Assembly: GCA_963727525.1 (NCBI GenBank)
Contig: CAVSGO010000007.1
Coordinates: 512,001-576,000, forward strand
Direction: 5' to 3'
Length of the DNA stretch: 64,000 nucleotides
Source of the DNA: an uncultured bacterium
Lineage (GTDB): Bacteria; Krumholzibacteriota; Krumholzibacteriia; LZORAL124-64-63
How positions within the stretch are numbered: position 1 is the stretch's first letter; each line of letters opens with the position of its first letter. The notes beneath the pieces are model-generated. The model had not been told where the DNA came from. It was given only the letters and a program-made list of their open reading frames with translations, and searched no databases. Positions 29,705 through 39,057 of the stretch are shown piece after piece. Made by a program: the position numbers and the translations under genes.

Positions 29705-32044
29705 ATGGTTTTCGGGATCTCAGGCAACCGGAGTATGGTGGGGTTTCTCGTGGCGTTGGGCTTGCTGGTGGCGGTTCCCGCAGCCGCGCAGGTCGATACT
29801 CTGTGCACCCTGCCGATGCCCGTTCCCCCGGCGAGCGACGTGTCGATCCAGCTGACCAACGGCCACAACGGCATGGGGGCCGTGCTCACGTGGCCGAACC
29901 TGCCGGACAATGCGTCCACCTGCGTGTCCGTGCTCGGCGTGGATTCCCTCGACATCGAGGTGACGGTGACGGGCGACTACGCGGATGAATTCGATCGTAT
30001 GCTCCAGTTCTCGTTCATGAATACGGGCGAGATCGGGTCGACGACGAATAACCGGGTCATTTGCAGGTGGCTGAACGTCAACTCCTCGCTCTCGGGACAT
30101 GTGGGCGGTGAGGTCAATCTCAGCAATACCGGCGGGCTCTGGCGCCGCGATCACGTGACCGGCGATTGGTCGCGGTTGGACGCCGGCTTCCCGCAGTACT
30201 TTGCCTATTTCAACATGGATGCCTTCGCGATGCTTCCGGACGGTTCGCGGCTGGCCGCGCTGAGCGCCGGCACGAATCCCGGAGTTTTCCCCAGGGGCCT
30301 GTACCGCGCCGTCGGCGACGGTGGCTGGCAGCCGATCGGGGCGAGCGTGTTCGGGCGCGCGCGGACGATCACGGCCGTGGCATTCGGCCCCGGAAGCAGC
30401 GACGCGATCGCCGTCGGCACGCAGAACTCGGGTCTGTTCATCTCGACGGATGGCGGCCAGACCTTCATCCAGTATCGCCGGGAACTCGCCCCCGGGTCGA
30501 CGGATTTCCCGCAGAACGGAGTCTACCGCATCCCAACGTTGACCTGGGAGGGGAACCGGCTGTGGGTCGCGGTAACCGCGTGGGACCTCTTCAGCACTGG
30601 CGACATGGGGCAGACCTGGACCCGCCATAGCGCACTGCGCGTGATCAGCGATCTCGAGGCGAATCCGCCGGTGACGGTTTTCCCATCGGTGAATCGGATC
30701 ACCGTCGATCCCGAGGACGCCTCGCACGTCTACGTGGGCCTCGAAAATCATGGTGTCTACGAGAGCGCCGACGGTGGCACGAGCTGGACTTCGCTGGGCG
30801 GCGACTGGATTGTCGTGGATCCCGATAATCCCGGAAGCTGGCGGCACAGCGTGCAGACGATCGCCGTGGATCCTGCAGACAGCCAGCATCTGGTGGTCGG
30901 AACCAAGCAGCAGGGGATCTGGTACACCCAAGACGGTGCGGCGCACTGGGCGCTGGCCACGACACCCGTGGACTCGTTGCGAGGCGCGGTGGTGAAGGTC
31001 GCCCGGCTTTCCGACGGCACCTACCGCGCCTTGAGGAACGGCGCTTACTTGGTGCGATCGGATGATGGTGGCGCCTCCTGGACGCAGATATCGACCCAGC
31101 TCGCCGACCGCAATGCTCTCGCCATGATCGTCGATGCCAGCGACAATCTGTTCGTGCCCACCTACGGCGCCGGCATCTACGCTTCGAACACGCCGATCGA
31201 GATCAGCAAGTCGATCCTTTCGACGGAAACGGATGCGGATCTGCTCGACCTCGATCTGGGGCTCTTCATCGCATTCGGCCCCGGACTGGTCCAGGGTCCC
31301 ACCGCGACGTCGCCGGGCCAGGATTTCCGCGTCAACGCCCAGGACTACCAGGGCTGGATCGTATGGCGGGCCAACGGCGGCGATCCCGACCGCATGGAGA
31401 TGATCGGTCGATACGACAAGACGAACCCCGAAACCTGCATCGTCGGATACTGCGGCGACGATAACTACTACCTCGAGCCGAATTGCTTCGCCGAACGCCG
31501 CGCCGCGTGTTTCGATTTCTCGCACCCGGGTACCGTGTCGTTCTATGACGGGGACGTCTTCAATGGCTTCTCGTATTACTACGCCGTCACGCCGTTCGAC
31601 TACGGGGACGTGTCGATGGTCTTCGACCCCGTGTCGATCAGCTCGCCGCTGCTGTTCCCTTCGCGCTTCCCGAACGATCCGTATGCCAGCGTCGCCGGCG
31701 ATGGTAACCGAAAGAGTTTGCAGGTGAACGCAACCGCGGCATTGCCCACGGAAGGCGGCGAGATCTACGTGTATCCGAATCCGCTACGGCGCAGCGCGGG
31801 CATCGCGGGATCCGAGGGTGAGGAGGTCGTCTGGACCAACCTGCCGCCTGATTCCCATATCGAGGTCTTCACGCTCGCGGGCGACCGCGTCGTGGATCTG
31901 CTGGGCGAGGCGCAGGTGGCCGGCAACATGTACTGGAACACCCGCAACGATACGGGCGAACTGATCGCATCGGGCGTCTACATGTGGCGATGCATCATGC
32001 CCGAGCGCGGCGATTTCTGGGGAAAACTGGTCGTCATCCGCTGA
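29705..32044 (+). CDS. Secreted BNR/Asp-box beta-propeller protein with FlgD/T9SS-like C-terminal domain
   Basis: Signal peptide ending VPAAA. Asp-boxes STDGGQTF, STGDMGQTW, SADGGTSW, TQDGAAHW, SDDGGASW. C-terminus IYVYPNP..TNLP..FTLAGDRV..WNTRNDTGELIASGVY..GKLVVIR. Confidence 0.85.
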   Translation: MVFGISGNRSMVGFLVALGLLVAVPAAAQVDTLCTLPMPVPPASDVSIQLTNGHNGMGAVLTWPNLPDNASTCVSVLGVDSLDIEVTVTGDYADEFDRMLQFSFMNTGEIGSTTNNRVICRWLNVNSSLSGHVGGEVNLSNTGGLWRRDHVTGDWSRLDAGFPQYFAYFNMDAFAMLPDGSRLAALSAGTNPGVFPRGLYRAVGDGGWQPIGASVFGRARTITAVAFGPGSSDAIAVGTQNSGLFISTDGGQTFIQYRRELAPGSTDFPQNGVYRIPTLTWEGNRLWVAVTAWDLFSTGDMGQTWTRHSALRVISDLEANPPVTVFPSVNRITVDPEDASHVYVGLENHGVYESADGGTSWTSLGGDWIVVDPDNPGSWRHSVQTIAVDPADSQHLVVGTKQQGIWYTQDGAAHWALATTPVDSLRGAVVKVARLSDGTYRALRNGAYLVRSDDGGASWTQISTQLADRNALAMIVDASDNLFVPTYGAGIYASNTPIEISKSILSTETDADLLDLDLGLFIAFGPGLVQGPTATSPGQDFRVNAQDYQGWIVWRANGGDPDRMEMIGRYDKTNPETCIVGYCGDDNYYLEPNCFAERRAACFDFSHPGTVSFYDGDVFNGFSYYYAVTPFDYGDVSMVFDPVSISSPLLFPSRFPNDPYASVAGDGNRKSLQVNATAALPTEGGEIYVYPNPLRRSAGIAGSEGEEVVWTNLPPDSHIEVFTLAGDRVVDLLGEAQVAGNMYWNTRNDTGELIASGVYMWRCIMPERGDFWGKLVVIR

Positions 32045-32057
32045 ACGACCGGATCTC

Positions 32058-32088
32058 GCGGCGGTACCGGTCCTCCCGGTGCCGCCGC
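32058..32088 (+). terminator. 13-bp GC hairpin without a U-tract
   Basis: GCGGCGGTACCGG-TCCTC-CCGGTGCCGCCGC (one G-U pair). Confidence 0.5.
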
Positions 32089-32110
32089 TCCATGTGGACG
32101 GGGCCAGGGC

Positions 32111-32138
32111 TTGTCCTTCTGGGGCCTCGCCTTATACT
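32111..32138 (+). promoter_or_regulatory. Candidate sigma70 promoter of ppdK
   Basis: TTGTCC-16 nt-TATACT. Confidence 0.55.
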
Positions 32139-32255
32139 GAACATCGAGTGGATCAGGCCAGGTACTCCCAGGGCACTCCGCGGTGAGCGGCGCGTGCGGC
32201 GGGATGGCCGGGAGGTGTCATGAGTGAGAGAGGCGACTCGAGCGAGAGGGGCGAA

Positions 32256-34934
32256 ATGAGCGACAAGAGGGTCTATTCGTTCGGAGATGGCAAGGCGGAC
32301 GGCAAGGCGGACCTGCGCGACCTCCTCGGCGGCAAGGGCGCCAACCTCGCCGAGATGACGCGACTCGGTGTGCCGGTGCCTCCGGGATTCACGATCACGA
32401 CCGCCGAATGCGCTGCGTTCCAGAAGACCGATCGACTGAGCGACGAGTTGCAGAGCGAGGTGCGCGAAGCCCTGGCGCAGGTCGAGGCGATCATGGGGAA
32501 GAAGTTCGCCGATGCTGCCGATCCGCTGCTCTTCTCCGTGCGGTCCGGCGCGCGCGTGTCGATGCCCGGTATGATGGATACCGTCCTCAACCTCGGCCTC
32601 AACGACGAGAATGTGCAGGGGCTGGTCAGCCGCAGCGGCAGCGAGCGCTTCGCCTACGATAGCTATCGCCGGCTGGTGCAGATGTACGGCGACGTGGTGA
32701 TGGGCGTGGCGAGCGAGCGTTTCGAGGACGCCATCGACACCCTCAAGGATCAGCGCAAGGTCAAGCTGGATACGGACCTGACGGCGGACGACCTCAAGGA
32801 CCTCATCGCGAGCTTCAAGCGCATCGTGCGCGAGCAGACCGGCCACGACTTCCCGACCGACCCCTGGGACCAGCTCTGGGGCGGAATCCGGGCCGTGTTC
32901 GAGAGCTGGAAGACGCCGCGCGCCGTGGAATACCGGCGTATCCATCGCATCCCCGAGGACTGGGGCACGGCCGTCAACGTGCAGACGATGGTGTTCGGCA
33001 ACCTGGGCGAGACGAGCGCCACGGGCGTGGCCTTCACACGCGATCCCTCGACTGGAGAGAACCGCTTCTACGGCGAGTTCCTCATCAACGCCCAGGGTGA
33101 GGACGTGGTGGCCGGTACCCGGACGCCACAGCAGATCAACCTCGTGGGGCGCGACTCTCTCCCCCGTGGCAACGAAGCGCGCGACCTGCCGACGCTCGAG
33201 GAAGTGATGCCCGAGCTCTACAAGGAACTGGTGGATGTGCGCCAGCGCCTCGAACAGCATTACCGCAACATGCAGGACGTCGAGTTCACGATCCAGGAAG
33301 GCCGCCTCTGGATGCTCCAGACCCGAAACGGCAAGCGTACCGGCACCGCGGCCATCCGTGTCGCGGTGGACATGCATCGTGAGGGTCTGGTGACCGAGCG
33401 TGAAGCCCTGATGCTCGTCGAGCCCGACCATCTCGACCAGCTCCTGCACGAGCAGATCGATCCCAAGGCCGAACTCGAGGTCATCGCCAGCGGATTGCCG
33501 GCCTCGCCGGGCGCCGCGCAGGGAACCATCACGTTCACGGCCGAGGCGGCCGTGGAGGCGGCGGACCGCGGCGAGAGCGTGATCCTGGTGAGGCGCGAGA
33601 CGAGTCCCGAGGACATCGCCGGCATGTACAAGGCGAAGGGCATCCTCACCAGCCGCGGCGGCATGACGAGCCATGCGGCCGTGGTGGCGCGAGGCATGGG
33701 CAAGCCGTGCGTCGCGGGTTGCGGCGACGCCTTCGTCAGCCATGAGCGCAAGGAGCTGGTGATTGGCGGGCGGACATTCCACGAGGGCGATCAGCTCACG
33801 ATTAATGGCACCAACGGCAATGTCATCGCCGGCGCGCCGGCGCTCATCCCGCCGCGCCTCGACGACCCCGGCCTCAAGCAGGTGATGACCTGGGCGGACA
33901 GGGTGCGTCGCCTCAAGGTGCGCACCAACGCGGATACGCCGCACGACGCGATCCAGGCGCGCGAATTCGGTGCCGAGGGCATCGGGCTCTGCCGCACCGA
34001 GCACATGTTCTTCGGCGAGGACCGCATCCGGCGCATGCGCCAGATGATCCTCGCCGGAGACGAGAACAGTCGCCGCCACGCGCTCGAGTCCATCCGACCG
34101 CTGCAGCAGGAGGACTTCGAGGGCATCTTCGTCGCCATGGACGGTCTGCCCGTCACCGTGCGCCTGCTCGATCCGCCTCTGCACGAGTTCCTGCCCACGG
34201 GCGAGCGGGAGATCGAGGAGCTGGCAGGCGATCTCGGCGTGACGGCCGAGGCTATCCGCCGCAAGATCGACGAGCTGCACGAGATGAACCCCATGCTCGG
34301 CCACCGGGGCTGCCGTCTCGGGCTCACATACCCGGAGATCTACGAGACCCAGGTGGAGGCGATCATCGGTGCGGCGCTCGCGGTGAAGGGGCGCGGCGGC
34401 GACGTGCGGCCGGAGATCATGATCCCCTTGGTGGGGATGCTTCGCGAGCTGGCCGACCTGCGCGCGCTATGCGTGGCCACCGCGGAGCGCGTGATGACCG
34501 CGGCGAAGGCGCATATCGACTACCTCGTCGGCACGATGATCGAGGTCCCGCGCGCGGCGCTCACGGCCGACGAGATCGCCACCCAGGCCGACTTCTTCAG
34601 CTTTGGGACCAACGACCTCACGCAGATGACCTTCGGTTTCAGCCGCGACGATATCGCGAAGTTCCTGCCGGAATACCTGACCAAGGGATTGCTGCCGAGC
34701 GACCCGTTCCAGCAGCTCGACCAGACTGGTGTGGGTCAGCTCGTGGAGATGGCGGCGCGTAAGGGCCGCCAAACCAACCCCGATCTCCATGTGGGCATCT
34801 GTGGCGAGCACGGTGGGGATCCCAGCTCGATCGCCTTCTGCCACCGGGTGGGGCTCGACTACGTGAGTTGCTCCCCCTTCCGCGTACCCATCGCGCGGCT
34901 CGCCGCGGCCCAGGTGGCCATTCGCGAGAAGTAG
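32256..34934 (+). CDS. ppdK: Pyruvate, phosphate dikinase
   Basis: LLGGKGANLAEM, SVRSGARVSMPGMMDTVLNLG, GGMTSHAAVVARG (phospho-His), GIGLCRTEHMFF, FSFGTNDLTQ, GICGEHGGDP. Alternative ATG at 32220. Confidence 0.98.
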   Translation: MSDKRVYSFGDGKADGKADLRDLLGGKGANLAEMTRLGVPVPPGFTITTAECAAFQKTDRLSDELQSEVREALAQVEAIMGKKFADAADPLLFSVRSGARVSMPGMMDTVLNLGLNDENVQGLVSRSGSERFAYDSYRRLVQMYGDVVMGVASERFEDAIDTLKDQRKVKLDTDLTADDLKDLIASFKRIVREQTGHDFPTDPWDQLWGGIRAVFESWKTPRAVEYRRIHRIPEDWGTAVNVQTMVFGNLGETSATGVAFTRDPSTGENRFYGEFLINAQGEDVVAGTRTPQQINLVGRDSLPRGNEARDLPTLEEVMPELYKELVDVRQRLEQHYRNMQDVEFTIQEGRLWMLQTRNGKRTGTAAIRVAVDMHREGLVTEREALMLVEPDHLDQLLHEQIDPKAELEVIASGLPASPGAAQGTITFTAEAAVEAADRGESVILVRRETSPEDIAGMYKAKGILTSRGGMTSHAAVVARGMGKPCVAGCGDAFVSHERKELVIGGRTFHEGDQLTINGTNGNVIAGAPALIPPRLDDPGLKQVMTWADRVRRLKVRTNADTPHDAIQAREFGAEGIGLCRTEHMFFGEDRIRRMRQMILAGDENSRRHALESIRPLQQEDFEGIFVAMDGLPVTVRLLDPPLHEFLPTGEREIEELAGDLGVTAEAIRRKIDELHEMNPMLGHRGCRLGLTYPEIYETQVEAIIGAALAVKGRGGDVRPEIMIPLVGMLRELADLRALCVATAERVMTAAKAHIDYLVGTMIEVPRAALTADEIATQADFFSFGTNDLTQMTFGFSRDDIAKFLPEYLTKGLLPSDPFQQLDQTGVGQLVEMAARKGRQTNPDLHVGICGEHGGDPSSIAFCHRVGLDYVSCSPFRVPIARLAAAQVAIREK

Positions 34935-34948
34935 CCTGTCCGATCGGT

Positions 34949-34982
34949 GACCGCGGCGGTGCCTGGCCTCGCCGCCGCGGTC
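34949..34982 (+). terminator. 13-bp GC hairpin without a U-tract after ppdK
   Basis: GACCGCGGCGGTG-8 nt-CGCCGCCGCGGTC (one G-U pair). Confidence 0.5.
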
Positions 34983-35021
34983 CGCTCCTCGCAATCGCTG
35001 GACGGCCGGAGGTGACGACGG

Positions 35022-37292
35022 ATGCACGTGCAGTGGTTGTTCCCTGCGTGGGCCTGGCCGCTGCTGGGACTCGTCGCCTTCGGGGTCTGGATCGTCGTGC
35101 GGCTGTTCTATCGCCAGACGATCCCGGCGCCGACGCAGGGGACGCGACGCCTGCTCGTGGGGCTGCGCACCGCTGCGCTCGCACTGCTCCTGCTCGCCCT
35201 TGCGCAACCGGTGCTGCTGCGTCTCCTCTCGCGCGAGGAGAGTGCTGTGGTCGCCGTGGTCGTGGAGGACTCCGGGAGCGAGGCATTGACCGACGCCGGG
35301 CCGGGCGGTGCCGCGCTCAGTCGCTGGGATGCGGCCTGGTCGCTCGCGGCCGCGGTCGACTCCGTTCTGTCACAACGCGCGGATGCGCCCGCCATCGTCA
35401 TGATGCAAGGCAACGGGTTGCGCCCCGCCGAACTCGCGGATCCGACGGTCGTCACGCGGCGCACGCCTCGCGCGGTCGGGACCGACCTGCGCGCGCTACT
35501 GGCGCAGGTCGAGCAGCGGTTGCTCGGCCGGCATCTGCGCGCCGTCGTGCTGATGGCCGATGGCAACGTCACCGCCGACGACACCGATACGGCTCCGGTG
35601 CCGACGCCCGGGATCGCGGCGACGTGGCTGGTGGGACTCGGCGATCCGGTCGGTCCTGCCGATCGACTCCTCACCGATCTGAGATTTCCCGAGATGGTGT
35701 TTCGCGGCGAGGCGGCGACCGTAGAGGTCACCGTCGCCGATCGGTTCCGCACAGAGCCTGGCGGCAGCGATTCCGTGCGCGTCACGCTGCGGCGCGGCGA
35801 CACCGTGCTCGCGACGCAGAGCCGCGCGTCGATCGACGACGTGCATACCTTCCTCCTGACCTACACGCCGGCGAGCATCGGACTGCAAGTACTGACCGTG
35901 GAAGTGTCGCCACTCGCCAACGAGCGTTTCCTGGCCAACAACCAGGCGACGCTCGTGATTGACGTACGCAAGGATCGTGCACGCCTGCTCCTGCTCACGG
36001 CACGGCCCGACTGGGACGTCCGTTTCCTCGCTCAGGCCGCCAGCAGCGAACCGCGCCTGGCGCTGTCTGTGGTCTACCCCGGACCGGACGGTCTGGTTCT
36101 TGCCGACAGTCTCGGCGCGTTCACGCTGCCGACGACGGTGGACGGCTGGCGCGAATGGGATGGCGTGGTACTCGACGGTGCACCCGGAAAGCTTCTGAGC
36201 GATGGGGGCCAGTCGCTGGCGTCGGCAGTCGGCGAGGGAGTCGGGCTGCTGGTGCTCGCGGCGGACGAGCCCGTCGGCAATGGTGGCGGCGCCACCTGGT
36301 CGCCCGCCCTGACCGGAGTGTTCCCGGTCACGCTGCGTGGTCAGGGGGCCCAGTCGGTCACGGCCTTCGTGGCGCCCACGCCCGACGCGCCGCGTCACCC
36401 CGTGCTGGCCGGCGTCACGTATGGGGACGGGGACGCGGGCGCGCTGGCGAGCTTGCCTCCCCTGCGCGCGCTCACGCCGGCCGAGGTGCGCGAGGGCGCT
36501 CAGGTCCTGCTCGAGGCGACGGTCGGGCGGGGCGAGGCTGCGGGGCGTCCGCTGCTGGTGGTCTCGGCGCCCGGCCGCGATCGCGTCCTGTGGTTCGGTG
36601 GGCGGCGGCTGTGGGAGCTGGCGTTCTGGGAGAACCCTGGCGAACCGGAGGCGGCGACCACGCAACCGGTCCGGCAGCTGCTGCGCAACCTGCTCGTCTG
36701 GACGGCTCTCGGCGGACAGGAAGGGGGCCTGGCCCTGCTCGGACACAAGGTCGCGTATCAGGAGGGCCAGCCGGTTCATGTGGAGGCGCAGTGGCTCGAT
36801 GTGCGCGGTCAGCCGGTGAGCGACCGGACGGTGTCGCTCGTGGTGGCGCCGGAAGCGGGCGATGATGCCGCGCCGGAACGGACGTACGCGATGCGAGCCG
36901 AACTCGATCGGCCGGGCGTGACCAGCGTTGACCTGCCGCCGCTGCCGCCGGGGCGCTACACGCTGACGCCGCGAGCCGAAGGTGGGCCCGCGGACGCCGG
37001 TGCCTCCCGGCCGCTGGTCATCACGCCGGCCACGGTCGAGCAGACGCAGGTGCGCCAGGATAGGCGCCAGCTCCGCCAGCTCGCGGCCCGCGTGCACGCC
37101 ACCCTGCTCGATGGCGCTGATGCCGGCGATCGCGCGCAGCTGCTGGCGAGCCTCGGCCAGCTCGATCTGAGTCCGCAGCCCCGGAGCCTGCGTCGGCGCT
37201 GGGACATCTGGGCGAGCTGGCCGTACCTGACGCTCGTGGTGCTGCTGCTCGGGGTGGAGTGGCTCGTACGGCGCCGCCACGGCATGCTCTGA
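35022..37292 (+). CDS. Membrane protein with VWA-like and glutamine-amidotransferase-like domains
   Basis: GGAGG SD. Two N-terminal TMs (LVGLRTAALALLLLALAQP), VVVEDSGS MIDAS-like, VVLMADG, ERFLANN, and C-terminal LLLGVEWLVRRRHGML typical of this family. Confidence 0.75.
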   Translation: MHVQWLFPAWAWPLLGLVAFGVWIVVRLFYRQTIPAPTQGTRRLLVGLRTAALALLLLALAQPVLLRLLSREESAVVAVVVEDSGSEALTDAGPGGAALSRWDAAWSLAAAVDSVLSQRADAPAIVMMQGNGLRPAELADPTVVTRRTPRAVGTDLRALLAQVEQRLLGRHLRAVVLMADGNVTADDTDTAPVPTPGIAATWLVGLGDPVGPADRLLTDLRFPEMVFRGEAATVEVTVADRFRTEPGGSDSVRVTLRRGDTVLATQSRASIDDVHTFLLTYTPASIGLQVLTVEVSPLANERFLANNQATLVIDVRKDRARLLLLTARPDWDVRFLAQAASSEPRLALSVVYPGPDGLVLADSLGAFTLPTTVDGWREWDGVVLDGAPGKLLSDGGQSLASAVGEGVGLLVLAADEPVGNGGGATWSPALTGVFPVTLRGQGAQSVTAFVAPTPDAPRHPVLAGVTYGDGDAGALASLPPLRALTPAEVREGAQVLLEATVGRGEAAGRPLLVVSAPGRDRVLWFGGRRLWELAFWENPGEPEAATTQPVRQLLRNLLVWTALGGQEGGLALLGHKVAYQEGQPVHVEAQWLDVRGQPVSDRTVSLVVAPEAGDDAAPERTYAMRAELDRPGVTSVDLPPLPPGRYTLTPRAEGGPADAGASRPLVITPATVEQTQVRQDRRQLRQLAARVHATLLDGADAGDRAQLLASLGQLDLSPQPRSLRRRWDIWASWPYLTLVVLLLGVEWLVRRRHGML

Positions 37293-37335
37293 TCCTCCCT
37301 CACTCAACTACCCTCCCGGTAAGCGAGCGTTCGCC

Positions 37336-39057
37336 ATGCGAGCGATGGATTGGCGGGCGTACGTCCGCGTCGTGGCGGGCACGCTCGCTGCGGGGACGGC
37401 GTGCGGTCAGGTCGTCATCAACGAGATCTGCTACGATCCGGAGGGTGCGGATAGCGGCGGCGAGTATGTCGAGCTGTATCACGCCGGGCCCGACAGCCTC
37501 GACTTGACCGGCGCGCGCCTCGAATTCGCCAACGGCGCGGACGGGCCGACATGGCGGGTGCAATGGACGGCGGCGCCCGGCGCGCACATCGGCCCCGGCG
37601 GCGTGTTCCTCGTCGCCGATACGGGGTGGAGTGGACCGCCCGATCCCGATGCCATCAGCGACCTCTCGCTGCAGAACGGCCCGGACGCCGTGCGCCTCGT
37701 GCTGTCCGACGGCGCGATCGATCTGGTCGGGTACGGCGATGCGGGCTTCCCCGAGCTGAGCGAGGGCGCGCCGTGTGCCGATGCGCCGGCCGGGGCCGTG
37801 ATCGCACGACGACCGGACGGCCAGGATACCGGCGACAACGCCGCCGACCTCGTCGTGACCGCGCCGACTCCCGGCGCTCTGAACTTCCCCCGGCAGGCCC
37901 CTCGGCTCGTGCGGCTGACCTGCGAGCCACCATCCCTCATCCAGCCGCTGGACACCGTGCGCGTGTCGGTGACGCTGGCCAACCGGGGTGTGGAGACGCT
38001 CGTCGCACCCACCGTGCATGTCGTTCTCGGGGACGCAATGGTCACACTCGCCACGCCCGACGTGCGACCCGATTCGCTGCGCACGCTCTGCGCCGTTCTC
38101 GTGCCCGGCGCGAGCGGGAGATTGCCGCTGGTCCTCGACGTGGAGTCGCCGTCGCCCGGGTCGCCCTGGCCGCTCGGAGCGATGGCTTACCAGGTAGGTC
38201 CCGCCTGGCTCGTGCTCACGGAGGTCATGGCGGCACCACCGGGTGGTGGCGAGTGGCTCGAGCTGCGCAATCTGGACGAGGTCCCCCGGAGTCTCGCCGG
38301 CCTGCTGCTACGCGACGAGGACGGAGCCTGGCGCGAGCTGCCCGACCTGGCGCTCGCTCCGGGGGACCGGGCGCTGCTCGTGGAAGACGTCGCCGCGTTC
38401 GCTGCCTGGTGGCAGGACCGCGCGGCAGCCGGCGCCGATCTCGGTTGCGGACGCGGTTTCCCCAGCGAACGCATCGCCGCTGTGCCCGGCGGCTGGCCCA
38501 GCCTCAACGACACGCCTCCGGAGACGCGCGACTACGCCGATCGGGTCGTACTCGCGACGGCCGACACCGTGACGCTCGATCACATGACTCTGCGCGAGGG
38601 GGCCGCGCCGCAGCGTCGATCGTGGGAGCGTGTGGGGGTGACGTGGTCGGGGCCGCTGTCGGCAGGCTGGCGTCCCGCCACGGCCCCGGCGGGCAGCACG
38701 CCCGCCTGCCCGAACAGTGTAGCGACGGCACCACCGGAGTCGGCGGCCCTCGCGGTCGAGCCCAATCCGTTCGACCCGGCCACCGGCGACGGCGCCGCTC
38801 ACCTGCGCTTCGTCGTGCCGGTGTCGGCCGGTGGCTGGGAACTGCGCATCTTTGACCTCTGGGGCCACCTCGTGCGCGACCTGGGCGGCGACGACCTCGG
38901 CGCCGGACCGCGGGACCTCGTGTGGGACGGACGCGACGACGCGCTCCAGCCGTTGCCGGCCGGCGGCTACGTGGCGGCCTTGAGGCTGCGCGCGGCCGGA
39001 GGTGCCCTCATCGCCGGAGGGCGCCGACTCGTGGTGTTGCGGCCGGAGGCACGATGA
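37336..39057 (+). CDS. Lamin-tail-domain (x2) secreted protein with FlgD/CHU_C-like C-terminal domain
   Basis: QVVINEICYDPEGADSGGEYVELY..LQNGPD..DLVGYG..PTPG, a second LVLTEVMAAP..EWLELRN, and C-terminal PNPFDP..LRIFDLWGHLVRDL..WDGRD..GGYV. Confidence 0.8.
   Translation: MRAMDWRAYVRVVAGTLAAGTACGQVVINEICYDPEGADSGGEYVELYHAGPDSLDLTGARLEFANGADGPTWRVQWTAAPGAHIGPGGVFLVADTGWSGPPDPDAISDLSLQNGPDAVRLVLSDGAIDLVGYGDAGFPELSEGAPCADAPAGAVIARRPDGQDTGDNAADLVVTAPTPGALNFPRQAPRLVRLTCEPPSLIQPLDTVRVSVTLANRGVETLVAPTVHVVLGDAMVTLATPDVRPDSLRTLCAVLVPGASGRLPLVLDVESPSPGSPWPLGAMAYQVGPAWLVLTEVMAAPPGGGEWLELRNLDEVPRSLAGLLLRDEDGAWRELPDLALAPGDRALLVEDVAAFAAWWQDRAAAGADLGCGRGFPSERIAAVPGGWPSLNDTPPETRDYADRVVLATADTVTLDHMTLREGAAPQRRSWERVGVTWSGPLSAGWRPATAPAGSTPACPNSVATAPPESAALAVEPNPFDPATGDGAAHLRFVVPVSAGGWELRIFDLWGHLVRDLGGDDLGAGPRDLVWDGRDDALQPLPAGGYVAALRLRAAGGALIAGGRRLVVLRPEAR

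Noticed and set aside
20903-32100. Secreted-protein block as a mobile island
   Set aside because: No integrase, transposase, tRNA or flanking direct repeats seen. Third codon positions remain GC-rich like the host.
32034-34304. 756-aa minus-strand ORF
   Set aside because: Antisense shadow of ppdK. The other long minus-strand ORFs in this high-GC window (e.g. 24481-26268, 29720-31525, 35496-37307, 62108-63859) are rejected likewise.
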